Assembly: GCA_002269645.1 (NCBI GenBank)
Contig: NIVC01002108.1
Span: 62,001-126,000 of the forward strand
Reading direction: 5' to 3'
Origin: Macrostomum lignano
Taxonomy: Eukaryota
Length of the DNA: 64,000 bases
Made by a program: the position numbers and the translations under genes
The notes under the pieces: generated by a model
Databases searched by the model: none
What the model was told of the DNA's origin: nothing
What the model saw: the letters and a program-made list of their open reading frames with translations, nothing else
Part shown: in pieces, positions 34,470 through 47,199 of the stretch
How positions within the stretch are numbered: the first letter of the stretch is position 1
How the letters are laid out: every line of letters starts with the position of its first letter

Positions 34470-37400
34470 ATGAGCAGATACCCACCCTATGGCGGTGCCA
34501 CCTCCATTCAATCCCTAAATGAGATGTGGGCCCAGGTGAAGCAGGGCATTGATAGAATCTACAACATGGAGGGCATCTCTAAGCCGCAATACATGAAGAT
34601 GTACACTGACATCTACAACTACTGCACCTCGGTGGACCCGGCTAGGAACTGCGTCACCCAGCCGTTGGCTAAGAAAGGCAAAGGCGAGGCCAGAGGCGCC
34701 AAGGACACGGGCGGCGGCGCCAGATTCGTTGGCGACGAGCTCTACACCAAGCTCAAAGACGATCTCAAAGCTCGGGTTGTCGATCTGAAACGCGGCGCCG
34801 ATGGCAAAGTCGGCAACGACCTGCTGGAGTATTTCTACACCCACTGGAGCCGCTTCAGAAAGTGCAGCGTCACAGTTGACGGAATTTTCAACTACCTGAA
34901 CAGGAACTGGGTTAAACGGGAGTGCGACGAGGGCCGCAAAAATATCTACTTTGTTTATCAACTGGCTCTGAACACCTGGAAGGAGCACTGGCTCAAGCCG
35001 CACCAGGCCCAGGTGATTCCTGCTCTCATGTCGGAGATCGAGCGGGAGCGCCGTGGCGAAAATATACTCAAGTCTGCCTATCTCAAGGTGAGCACATTCT
35101 ATTTCACCCCATTGCCATCCACATTCACTAATCGTCCACCTTATCACGTGCCCCATTCACCGATCTTCCACCACATTCACGAGCCCCATTCACCGATCTC
35201 CTACCCCATCACGAGCCCCATTCACCGATCTCCCACTCCATCACGACCCCATTCACCGATCTCCCCCCTCACAAGCCCCATTCACCGATCTCCCACCCTA
35301 TCACGAGCCCCATTCACCGATCTCCCACCCCATCACAAGCCCCATTCACTGATCTCCCACCCTATCACAAGCCCATTTCACCGATCTCCCACCCTTTCAC
35401 GAATGCCATTCACCGATCTCCCACCCTATCACTCCCACACCCATTCACAACACCTATTCCCACCCCCATTCCACACCCATTCTCATACCCGTTCCCACAC
35501 CCATTCCCATACCCATTCCTAATCAGAAGCCCCATTCACCAATCTTTCACCACAGTCACGAGCCCCATTCACCGATCTCCCACCCCATCACAAGCCCCAT
35601 TCACCGATCTCCCACCCTTTCACGAATCCCATTCACCGATCTCCCACCCTATCATAAATCCCATTCACCGATCTCCCAACCTATCACGAATCCCATTCAC
35701 CGATCTCCCACCCTATCACAAGCCCCATTCACAGATCTCCCACCTCATGAAAAGCCTCATTCACCGATCTTTCACCTCATCACAAGCCCTATTCACCGAT
35801 CTTTCACCTCATCACAAGCCGCATTCACCGATCTCCCACCCCATTACAAGCCCCATTCACTGATATCCCATCTCATCACAAGCCTCATTCACCGATCTGC
35901 CACCCCATCACAAGCCCCATTGACCGATCTCCCACCCTATCACGAATCCCATTCACCGATCTCCCACCCTATCACAAGCCCCATTCACCGATCTTTCACC
36001 TCATCACAAGCCCCATTCACCGATCTTTCACCTCATCACAAGCCCCATTAACCGATCTTTCACCTCATCACAAGCCCCATTCACCGATCTTCCACCTCAT
36101 CAAAATCCTCGTGTTCACCTATCTTTCATCCCATCACCAGCCACTTTCACCGATTAGCCACTCATCGCGAGCCTCATTCACCAACTGCCGCATTCCCCGC
36201 CCAGGTCATAATCGACTGCTACGTGGAGCTCGGCTTCGAAAGCGACGACGGCGGCGCGGCCTCGGCGATGGCGGCCTCCGGCTCGCCCGCCCCCGCTTCC
36301 GGGGGCTCCGTCAGCCGCGGCGGCAGCAGCCGGTCGCACGTTGGCGGTGGCGGCGGCGGCAGCGGCAAAGGCGGCTCGTCAACGGACCGGCTGCACTTCT
36401 ACGAGGAGATGTTCGAGAGGCAGTTTCTCGACGAAACAGAGCAGTTCTACAGAGTGGAGAGTCGCGACTTTCTGCAGCAGAACTCCGTCACAGCCTACCT
36501 GGCTAAGGCCGAGCGCAGATTAGAGGAGGAGCGCAAGCGATGCTCGGACTATGTGCACCGCAGCACGGAGGAGAAACTGCTGGCCAGGTGACACTTTTTA
36601 AATTGTCCTTGGCTATGGCGCCTGAGTCAGAGATCTGCTGATGTGACTCTTTAGAAATTTAACTTGAAGCCATAGACAATTAATTGCAGTTTATTCTAAA
36701 CAAAGCAATAGACAGTTGCAGTTTCATCTAGACTTGAAGCCATAGACAGTTGCAGTTCATTCTAGACTTGAAGCCATAGACAGTTGCAGTTTAATCTAGA
36801 CTTGAACCCATAGACAGTTGCAGTTTCATCTAGACTTGAAGCCATAGACAGTTGCAGTTTCATCTAGACTTGAAGCCATAGACAGTTGTAGTTTAATCTA
36901 GACTTGAAGCCATAGACAGTTGCAGTTCAATCTAGACTTGAAGCCATAGACAGTTGCAGTTTAATCTAGACTTGAAGCCATTTCAAGTAATTATCCTACT
37001 TAAAGTAGTATCGCGCTAATTAATTAAACTTTGGAAAACTCCGTCAGTTTTATTGTCCAACGCCTCTCTTCATCCCAGGTGCATGGAGGCCCTGCTGGCC
37101 GCTCACCTGTCCGTGTTCTGGCAGGAATTCCCCGCTCTGTTGGACGCCGATCGCGAGCAGGACCTCGGCCGGATGTACCGCCTGTGCAGCCACGTGCAGC
37201 AGCCGCACCGTGCCGACGCTGCCGGAGGCTCTGACTCGCTGCCAGTGAACGGGCTGGATCGCCTAGTTGAACTGTTCGAGCAGTACGTTGCTGACCGAGG
37301 CCTCGAGGCGGTGAAATCTGTCTCGTCAGCCGTGCTGAGCTCCGAAGGCCAAGACGCCAAGCTGTACGTGGACACCATCCTGGGGGTGCACCGCAAGTAC

Positions 37401-40400
37401 TACAACCTGGTGCTGCAGGCCTTCAGCAACAATCGCCGCTTTGTTGAAGCTCTGGACAAGGCCTGCATGAAATTTATCAACAGAAATGAGCTGACTAAAC
37501 TGGCAAAGAATAATCAGAAAACTCCCGAGTTGCTGGCCAGGTATTCCGATGCCCTGCTCAAGAAGGGCTCCAAGGTGAGTCGCCATTGACCCACATCAAT
37601 TCCATCCGCTGACCCACATCAGTTCCATCCGCTGACCCACATCAGTTCCATCCGCTGACCCACATCATTCCATCCGCTGACCCACATCAATTCCATCCCT
37701 TGACCCACATCAGTTCCATCCGCTGACCCACATCAATTCCATCCGCTGACCCACATCAATTCCATCCGCTGACCCACATCAATTCCATCCGCTGACCCAC
37801 ATCAATTCCATCCGCTGACCCACATCAATTCCATCCGCTGACCCACATCAGTTCCATCCGCTGACCCACATCAATTCCATCCGCTGACCCACATCAATTC
37901 CATCCGCTGACCCACATCAATTCCATCCGCTGACCCACATCAATTCCATCCGCTGACCCGCATCACCCATCCGCTGACCCACATCAATTCCATCCGCTGA
38001 CCCACATCAATTCCATCCGCTGACCCACATCAATTCCATCCGCTGACCCACATCAATTCCATCCGCTGACCCACATCAATTCCATCCGCTGACCCACATC
38101 AATTCCATCCGCTGACCCACATCAATTCCATCCGCTGACCCACATCAATTCCATCCGCTGACCCACATCAATTCCATCCGCTGACCCACATCAATTCCAT
38201 CCGCTGACCCACATCAATTCCATCCGCTGACCCACATCAATTCCATCCATTGACCGACATCAATTCCATCCGCTGACCCGCATCACCCATCCGCTGACCC
38301 ACATCAATTCCATCCGCTGACCCACATCAATTCCATCCGCTGACCCACATCAATTCCATCCGCTGACCCACATCAATTCCATCCGCTGACCCACATCAAT
38401 TCCATCCGCTGACCCACATCAATTCCATCCGCTGACCCACATCAATTCCATCCGCTGACCCACATCAATTCCATCCGCTGACCCACATCAATTCCATCCG
38501 CTGACCCACATCAGTTCCATCCGCTGACCCGCATCACCCATCCGCTGACCCACATCAATTCCATCCGCTGACCCACATCAATTCAATTCATTTAACCACA
38601 TCATCCATCCCTTGTCCCTTGACCCACATCCATTTCACTCACCTGCCGAGCCACCTACAATCCAATCTTGATAATAATTCCCGAGATTAATCCTGTCTCC
38701 AAGTTCCTCACCAACTCGTCGAATCTTCTTCCCAGGACAATGTTGTCGGAGACGAACTGGAGGACACCCTCACCCACGTGATGACGGTGTTCAAGTACAT
38801 CGAGGACAAGGACGTCTTCCAGAAGTTCTACTCTCGTTTCTTGTCCCGCCGGCTGGTGTACAACCAGAGTGTGTCCGAGGACGTGGAATCGTCCATGATC
38901 TCCAAGCTGAAGGAGAACTGCGGGTTTGACTACACCACCAAGCTGCAGCGGATGTTCCAGGATATTGGCGCTTCTCGTGAGCTCAACACCCGGTTCCAGG
39001 ACTTCGTGACCAAGGATGGCGCAGCTCTGGGACTGGACTTTGAAATCAAAGTGTTGTCAAGCAATGCCTGGCCTATACACATCTCACAGGGCTCGGGTGT
39101 CACCATACCTAGCGAGGTGAGCTATCTGGTCGAATCGAATCTCCCAGATCCTCAGGATCAGAACCCGACTCCTAAGATCGTCAGGAATAGTGCTCAAAGC
39201 TTATTGAATATATCCTGAAAATTAGCATCAAACTATTTCAGATCCTTTAGATTAGCACTTAAACATCCCAGATTTTTAAGATTAGCGTTGAAACATCCCA
39301 GATTCTCAGGATTAGCGTTGAAACATCTCAAATTCTCAGGATTAGCGTTGAAACATCCCAGATTCTCGGGATTAGCGTTAAAACATCTCAAATCCTCAGG
39401 ATTAGCGTTAAAACATCTCAGATATTCATAATTAGCGTTGAAACATCTCAAATCCCCAGGATTAGCGTTAAAACATCTCAGATCTTCAGAATTAGCGTTG
39501 AAACATCTCAAATCCCCAGGACTAGCGTTAAAACATCTCAGATCCTCAGGATTAGCGCCTAAACATCCTAGATTCTCGGGATTAGCGCTTAAACATTCCA
39601 AATCCTCAGGATTAGCGTTGAAACATCCCAGATCCTCAGGATTAGCGCCTAAACATCCAACATCCTAGATTCTCGGGATTAGCGCTTTAACATCCCAGAT
39701 CCTCAGGATTAGCGCCGAAGCATCCCAGATCCTCTGGATATTAGTGCCCAAATCCTCGGGGTTAGCGCCAGCCCAACTAAGTTTGCCTAGCAGCCCAGAT
39801 TCACCAGATCAACCCGTCACCCGACTTCAGCTGGAGCGGTGCTACACCACATTCGATCGGTTCTACAAGAAGACTCACGAGGGCCGAAAGTTGCAATACT
39901 CTTACAATTACTGTCGGGGCGAGCTGATCACTAACTTCACCAAGAACCGCTACACCCTGCAGGTGAGGCTGCAGGTCTTGGCTGGCGTGTGGGATTCTTG
40001 GTTGAGGTGTGGGATTCTTGGTTGGGGTTGTTGGATTCTTGGTTGAGGTGTGGGATTCTTGGTTGAGGTGTGGGATTCTTGGTTGAGGTGTGGGATTCTT
40101 GGTTGGGTTTTGGAGTTCTTAGTTGGGGTGTGGGATTCTTGGTTGGCATGTGGGATTCTTGGTTGAGGTGTGGGATTCTTGGTTGGGGTTTGGGGTTCTT
40201 AGTTGGGGTGTGGGATTCTTGGTTGGCATGTGGGATTCTTGGTTGAGGTGTGGGATTCTTGGTTGAGGTGTGGGATTCTTGGTTGAGGTGTGGGATTCTT
40301 GGTTGGTTTGTGGGATTTTTGGTTGGGGTGTGGGATTCTTGGTTGGGGTGTGGGATTCTTGGTTGGGGTGTGGGATTCTTGGTTGGGGTGTGGGATTCTT

Positions 40401-43400
40401 GGTTGGCATGTGGGATTCTTGGTTGGGGTGTGGGATTTTTGGTGCGTGGGATTTTCCTGTGCTATTTTGCGTTGCCAAGCTGACGCCAGGCCGGCTCCCT
40501 CCGCCCCCCGCACCCACCCGCAGGTGTCCACCTACCAGATCGCAGTGCTGATGATGTACAACACGGAGACCAGCTACACGGTGCAGGACATCGCCGCTAC
40601 GACCAGCATTGAGCCGCAGGTGCTGCAGCAGGTGCTGGCCATCTTAGTCAAAGCCAAGCTGCTCACCCTGTCCTCAGCGGAGGCCGCCGCAGACGCCGCG
40701 GAGTTGGCCCCCGGCACCCGGCTGGCGCTGAACCAGGACTTCAAGAACAAGCGGCTGCGCATCAACTTGAACTCGCAGCTGAAGTGCGAGAGCAAGCAGG
40801 AGCAGGAGCAGACCAGTCGGCTGGTGGAGGAGGACCGGTCCTACATGATCCAGGCCTGCCTGGTGCGGGTCATGAAGACTCGCAAGGAGATGAAGCACCA
40901 GAAGCTGGTGGCCGAGGTCATCTCGCAGCTCAGCCAGTTCAAGCCCAGCGTGCAGCAGATTAAGGTATGAGGATTCTTGCTGGCGCGATTTTTTGGTTTG
41001 TTAGTAAGTTAGGTAGGTAGTTAGTCTGGCAGTCAGTCAGTCAGTTAGTCAGTCGGTTAGTCTGGCAGTCAGTCAGTCAGTTAGTCAGTCGGTTAGTCTG
41101 GCAGTCAGTCAGTCAGTCAGTCAGTTAGTCTGGCAGTCAGTCAGTCAGTCAGTCAGTTAGTCTGGCAGTCAGTCAGTCAGTCAGTCAGTCGGTTAGTCTG
41201 GCAGTCAGTCAGTCAGTCAGTCAGTCAGTCAGTTAGTCTGGCAGTCAGTCAGTCAGTCAGTCAGTTAGTCTGGCAGTCAGTCAGTCAGTCAGTCAGTTAG
41301 TCTGGCAGTCAGTCAGTCAGTCAGTCAGTCGGTTAGTCTGGCAGTCAGTCAGTCAGTCAGTCAGTTAGTCTGGCAGTCAGTCAGTCAGTCAGTCAGTCAG
41401 TTAGTCTGGCAGTCAGTCAGTCAGTCAGTCGGTTAGTCTGGCAGTCAGTCAGTCAGTTAGTCAGTCGGTTAGTCTGGCAGTCAGTCAGTCAGTTAGTCAG
41501 TCGGTTAGTCTGGCAGTCAGTCAGTCAGTCAGTCAGTCAGTCAGTTAGTCTGGCAGTCAGTCAGTCAGTCAGTCAGTTAGTCTGGCAGTCAGTCAGTCAG
41601 TCAGTCAGTCGGTTAGTCTGGCAGTCAGTCAGTCAGTTAGTCTGGCAGTCAGTCAGTCAGTCAGTCAGTCAGTTAGTCTGGCAGTCAGTCAGTCAGTCAG
41701 TCAGTCGGTTAGTCTGGCAGTCAGTCAGTCAGTCAGTCAGTCAGTTAGTCTGGCAGTCAGTCAGTCAGTCAGTCAGTTAGTCTGGCAGTCAGTTAGTTAG
41801 TCTGGCAGTCAGTCAGTCAGTCAGTCAGTCAGTCAGTCAGTCAGTCAGTTAGTCTGGCAGTCAGTCAGTCAGTCAGTTAGTCTGGCAGTCAGTCAGTCAG
41901 TCAGTCAGTCAGTCAGTCAGTCAGTCAGACAGTCAATCAGTCAGTCAGTCAGTCAGTCAGTCAGTCAGTCAGTCAGTCAGTCAGTCAGTCAGTCAGTCAG
42001 TCAGTCAGTCAGTCAGTCAGACAGTCAGTCAGTCAGTCAGTCAGTCAGTCAGTCAGTCAGTCAGTCAGTCAGTCAGTCAGTCAGTCAGTCAATCATCAGT
42101 CAGTCAGTCAGTCAGGCAGTCAGTCAGTTAGTCAGTCAGTCAATCAGTCAGGCAGTCAATCAGTCAGGCAGTCAATCAGTCAGTCAGTCAGTCAGTCAGG
42201 CAGTCAGTCAGTCAGTCAGTCAGTCAGTCAGGCAGTCAGGCAGTCAGTCAGTCAGTCAGGCAGTCAGTCAGTCAATCAGTCAGTCAGGCAGTCAGTCAGT
42301 CAGGCAGTCAGTCAGTCAGTCAGGCAGTCAGTCAGTCAGTCAGTCAGTCAGTCAGTCAGTCAGTCAATCAGTCAGTCAGGCAGTCAGGCAGTCAGTCAGT
42401 CAGGCAGTCAGTCAGTCAGTCAGTCAGTCAATCAGTCAGTCAGTCAGTCAGGCAGTCAGTCAGTCAGTCAGTCAGTCAGTCAGTCAGTCAGTCAGTCAGT
42501 CAGGCAGTCAGTCAGTCAGTCAGTCAGTCAATCAGTCAGTCAGTCAGTCAGGCAGTCAGTCAGTCAGTCAGTCAGTCAGTCAGTCAGTCAGTCAGTCAGT
42601 CAGTCAGTCAATCAGTCAGTCAGGCAGTCAGGCAGTCAGTCAGTCAGGCAGTCAGTCAGTCAGTCAGTCAGTCAGTCAGGCAGTCAGTCAGTCAGTCAGT
42701 CAGGCAGTCAGTCAGTCAGTCAGGCAGTCAGTCAGTCAGTCAGTCAGTCAATCAGTCAGTCAGTCAGTCAGGCAGTCAGTCAGTCAGTCAATCAGTCAGT
42801 CAGTCAGTCAGTCAGTCAGTCAGGCAGTCAGTCAGTCAATCAGTCAGTCAGTCAGTCAGTCAGTCAGTCAGTCAGTCAGTCAGTCAGTCAGTCAGTCAGT
42901 CAATCAGTCAGTCAGTCAGTCAGTCAGTCAGTCAGTCAGTCAGTTAGTCTGGCAGTCAGTCAGGCAGTCAGTCAGTCAGTCAGGCAGTCAGTCAGTCAGT
43001 CAGTCAGTCAGTCAGTCAGTCAGTCAGTCAGTCAGTCAGTCAATCAGTCAGTCAGGCAGTCAGTCAGTCAGTCAGTCAGTCAGTCAGTCAGTCAGTCAGT
43101 CAGTCAGTCAATCAGTCAGTCAGTCAGTCAGTCAGTCAGTCAGTCAGTCAGTCAGTCAGTCAATCAGTCAGTCAGTCAATCAGTCAGTCAGTCAGTCAGT
43201 CAGTCAGTCAGTCAGTCAGTCAGTCAGTCAGTCAGTCAGTCAATCAGTCAGTCAGGCAGTCAGTCAGTCAGTCAGTCAGTCAGTCAGTCAGTCAGTCAGT
43301 CAGTCAATCAGTCAGTCAGTCAGTCAGTCAGTCAGTCAGTCAGTCAATCAGTCAGTCAGTCAATCAGTCAGTCAGTCAGTCAGTCAGTCAATCAGTCAGT

Positions 43401-46132
43401 CAGTCAGTCAATCAGTCAGTCAGGCAGTCAGGCAGTCAGTCAGTCAGGCAGTCAGTCAGTCAGTCAATCAGTCAGTCAATCAGTCAGTCAGGCAGTCAGT
43501 CAGTCAGGCAGTCAGTCAGTCAGTCAGGCAGTCAGTCAGTCAGTCAGTCAGTCAGTCAGTCAGTCAGTCAATCAGTCAGTCAGGCAGTCAGGCAGTCAGT
43601 CAGTCAGGCAGTCAGTCAGTCAGTCAGTCAGGCAGTCAGTCAGTCAGTCAGTCAGTCAGTCAGTCAGTCAGTCAGTCAGGCAGTCAGTCAGTCAGTCAGT
43701 CAGTCAATCAGTCAGTCAGTCAGGCAGTCAGTCAGTCAGTCAGTCAGTCAGTCAGTCAGTCAGTCAGTCAATCAGTCAGTCAGTCAGTCAGTCAGTCAGT
43801 CAGTCAGTCAATCAGTCAGTCAGTCAATCAGTCAGTCAGTCAGTCAGTCAGTCAGTCAGTCAGTCAGTCAGTCAGTCAGTCAGTCAATCAGTCAGTCAGT
43901 CAGTCAATCAGTCAGTCAGGCAGTCAGGCAGTCAGTCAGTCAGGCAGTCAGTCAGTCAGTCAATCAGTCAGTCAATCAGTCAGTCAGGCAGTCAGTCAGT
44001 CAGGCAGTCAGTCAGTCAGTCAGGCAGTCAGTCAGTCAGTCAGTCAGTCAGTCAATCAGTCAGTCAGGCAGTCAGGCAGTCAGTCAGTCAGGCAGTCAGT
44101 CAGTCAGTCAGGCAGTCAGTCAGTCAGTCAGTCAATCAGTCAGTCAGTCAGTCAGGCAGTCAGTCAGTCAGTCAGTCAGTCAGTCAGTCAGTCAGGCAGT
44201 CAGTCAGTCAGTCAGTCAGTCAATCAGTCAGTCAGTCAGTCAGGCAGTCAGTCAGTCAGTCAGTCAGTCAGTCAGTCAGTCAGTCAGTCAGTCAGTCAGT
44301 CAGTCAGTCAGTCAATCAGTCAGTCAATCAGTCAGTCAGGCAGTCAGTCAGTCAGGCAGTCAGTCAGTCAGTCAGGCAGTCAGTCAGTCAGTCAGTCAGT
44401 CAGTCAGTCAGTCAGTCAATCAGTCAGTCAGGCAGTCAGGCAGTCAGTCAGTCAGGCAGTCAGTCAGTCAGGCAGTCAGTCAGTCAGTCAGTCAATCAGT
44501 CAGTCAGTCAGTCAGGCAGTCAGTCAGTCAGTCAGTCAGTCAGTCAGTCAGTCAGTCAGGCAGTCAGTCAGTCAGTCAGTCAGTCAATCAGTCAGTCAGT
44601 CAGTCAGGCAGTCAGTCAGTCAGTCAGTCAGTCAGTCAGTCAGTCAGTCAGTCAGTCAGTCAGTCAATCAGTCAGTCAGGCAGTCAGGCAGTCAGTCAGT
44701 CAGGCAGTCAGTCAGTCAGTCAGTCAGGCAGTCAGTCAGTCAGTCAGGCAGTCAGGCAGTCAGTCAGTCAGTCAGGCAGTCAGTCAGTCAGTCAGTCAAT
44801 CAGTCAGTCAGTCAGTCAGGCAGTCAGTCAGTCAGTCAATCAGTCAGTCAGTCAGTCAGTCAGTCAGGCAGTCAGTCTGTCAGTCAGTCAGTCAGGCAGT
44901 CAGGCAGTCAGTCAGTCAGTCAGGCAGTCAGTCAGTCAGTCAGTCAATCAGTCAGTCAGTCAGTCAGGCAGTCAGTCAGTCAGTCAGTCAGTCAGTCAGT
45001 CAGTCAGGCAGTCAGTCAGTCAGTCAGTCAGTCAATCAGTCAGTCAGTCAGTCAGGCAGTCAGTCAGTCAGTCAGTCAGTCAGTCAGTCAGTCAGTCAGT
45101 CAGTCAGTCAGTCAGTCAGTCAGTCAATCAGTCAGTCAATCAGTCAGTCAGGCAGTCAGTCAGTCAGGCAGTCAGTCAGTCAGTCAGGCAGTCAGTCAGT
45201 CAGTCAGTCAGTCAGTCAGTCAGTCAGTCAATCAGTCAGTCAGGCAGTCAGGCAGTCAGTCAGTCAGGCAGTCAGTCAGTCAGGCAGTCAGTCAGTCAGT
45301 CAGTCAATCAGTCAGTCAGTCAGTCAGGCAGTCAGTCAGTCAGTCAGTCAGTCAGTCAGTCAGTCAGTCAGGCAGTCAGTCAGTCAGTCAGTCAGTCAAT
45401 CAGTCAGTCAGTCAGTCAGGCAGTCAGTCAGTCAGTCAGTCAGTCAGTCAGTCAGTCAGTCAGTCAGTCAGTCAGTCAGTCAATCAGTCAGTCAGGCAGT
45501 CAGGCAGTCAGTCAGTCAGGCAGTCAGTCAGTCAGTCAGTCAGGCAGTCAGTCAGTCAGTCAGGCAGTCAGGCAGTCAGTCAGTCAGTCAGGCAGTCAGT
45601 CAGTCAGTCAGTCAATCAGTCAGTCAGTCAGTCAGGCAGTCAGTCAGTCAGTCAATCAGTCAGTCAGTCAGTCAGTCAGTCAGTCAGGCAGTCAGTCAGT
45701 CAGTCAGTCAGTCAGTCAGTCAATCAGTCAGTCAGTCAGTCAGTCAGTCAGTCAGTCAGTCAGTCAGTCAGTCAGTCAGTCAGTTAGTCTGGCAGTCAGT
45801 CAGGCAGTCAGTCAGTCAGTCAGTCAGTCAGTCAGGCAGTCAGTCAGTCAGTCAGTCAGTCAGTCAGTCAGTCAGTTAGTCTGGCAGTCAGTCAGGCAGT
45901 CAGTCAGTCAGTCAGTCAGTCAGTCAGGCAGTCAGTCAGTCAGTCAGTCAGTCAGTCAGTCAATCAGTCAGTCAGTCAGTCAGTCAGTTTGCTATTAAGT
46001 ATCTGAAAGACGCTGGCAGTCGAACTGAGACCCGGGGCTTTGGCGTTGCAGAAGAACATCGACACCCTCATCGAGAAGGAATACCTGCAGAGGAAGTCTG
46101 GCGAGCGGGACAAATACGAATACCTGGCCTGA
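34470..46132 (+). CDS. CUL1: Cullin-1, 7 coding exons
   Basis: Exons 34470-35087, 36205-36587, 37079-37574, 38736-39116, 39831-39962, 40524-40964, 46052-46132; all GT-AG and frame-consistent. Motifs IYNYCTSV, GGARFVGDELY, KTPELLARYSD, VFKYIEDKDVFQKFY, neddylation motif LVRVMKTRK, C-terminal YEYLA*. A 3' splice-site AG lies 11 nt before the ATG. Confidence 0.96.
35150..36170. repeat. 32-bp minisatellite, CUL1 intron 1
   Basis: Unit GCCCCATTCACCGATCTCCCACCCTATCACGA. Confidence 0.93.
36720..36980. repeat. 34-bp minisatellite, CUL1 intron 2
   Basis: Unit GACTTGAAGCCATAGACAGTTGCAGTTTCATCTA. Confidence 0.93.
37585..38590. repeat. 23-bp minisatellite, CUL1 intron 3
   Basis: Unit GCTGACCCACATCAATTCCATCC. 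Confidence 0.96.
39240..39740. repeat. 30-bp minisatellite, CUL1 intron 4
   Basis: Unit approximately GATTAGCGTTGAAACATCCCAGATCCTCAG. Confidence 0.93.
39990..40450. repeat. 20-bp minisatellite, CUL1 intron 5
   Basis: Unit GGTTGAGGTGTGGGATTCTT. Confidence 0.95.
41030..45990. repeat. About 5-kb (CAGT)n satellite, CUL1 intron 6
   Basis: CAGT array with CAAT, CAGG and TAGTCTGG variants. Confidence 0.98.
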
Positions 46133-46729
46133 GGCCCCGGAGACCCGGCGGTACCAGGCCAGAATTACAGACCCAAATTAATTACAATATTATACATTTT
46201 TCCTTGTGTTTAACTGCAAACTGACAGGCCGGAGAGGTGACCGAACTAACCAACCCTGTCTCCCGCTGCCTCTCCCCGGCAACCAGCCTGTTAACCTTAG
46301 ATTTCCCAGCTCTAATGTCTGCATATCCCAATCCCAGCGCCTGTGTTTGCCAACTCGACTTTCTTCTGTGTTCTTCTATTGTGCGAGCTCCCTTCTTCTG
46401 TTGTTGTGTTTTTAACGACCACCAATAGGCAATAGTGAGGCTGATTCGTTTAAAATTTGATTCGCCAAACCAGCTTTCGCTTTCTACTGTCATTTTCCCT
46501 TGTCTAAAATTTCATTCATTTATTTCATTCTTCGTTATGTTAAAAATTTAACCCCTATAAAAGGAAGTTGGGCTAACTCTAATTTGCATAAATACTACTC
46601 ATGCTGCTAGATATAGTAGTATGCCTATGAAATATGTCGAATATAACTATTGAAGCTGCGCGGACCCTGCTCTGTATAATGAATCAAACCGATTTATCTG
46701 TGCGTGCATGCGCTGGTCTATTTAATTTG

Positions 46730-46735
46730 AATAAA
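46730..46735 (+). terminator. Candidate CUL1 polyadenylation signal
   Basis: AATAAA about 600 nt after the CUL1 stop, followed by T-rich sequence. Confidence 0.45.
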
Positions 46736-47199
46736 CACCTTTGCACCAAGCTCATTCAGCATTGTATGCTTCTCTTTATTATCTACTATGAGTAGTTTGT
46801 GACGAACTAAACTGTGAATGTAAAAACACTGTGAATCTTTCTTGTAGCGGTACATTTATTATCGTACTGGGTCAACTATTTGTGTTTGTTTGATCTGTAA
46901 AAATTGATCACAGTTCTACTGACTACTCTAGAACTGCTTGCTCGTCTTTTAGCCTCTTTATCGGATAGAAATGTGAATTTATTGTCCGTATCCAACACTG
47001 ATATCTGAGCAAGTCAGTCTTGTCAGTCCCCTGTTAGCAAATATTGCCCTTGAAATTTAATGAAAATGTTTCATTTTATGGCATTAAAGATTATATTTTT
47101 GGGTCTACTTATTTTCTAATCGTACTAAAGTACATGTGCACTACTCGAGCTAATAAGCTCTCTATTTCGTTACTTTGTACAGTCGCTTTTAAAAGAAAT

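Noticed and set aside
34515-35522. His/Pro-rich extension of CUL1 exon 1 and the antisense 213-aa ORF
   Set aside because: A strong donor at 35087/35088 and in-frame continuation at 36205 explain the gene; the extension is read-through into the 32-bp repeat.
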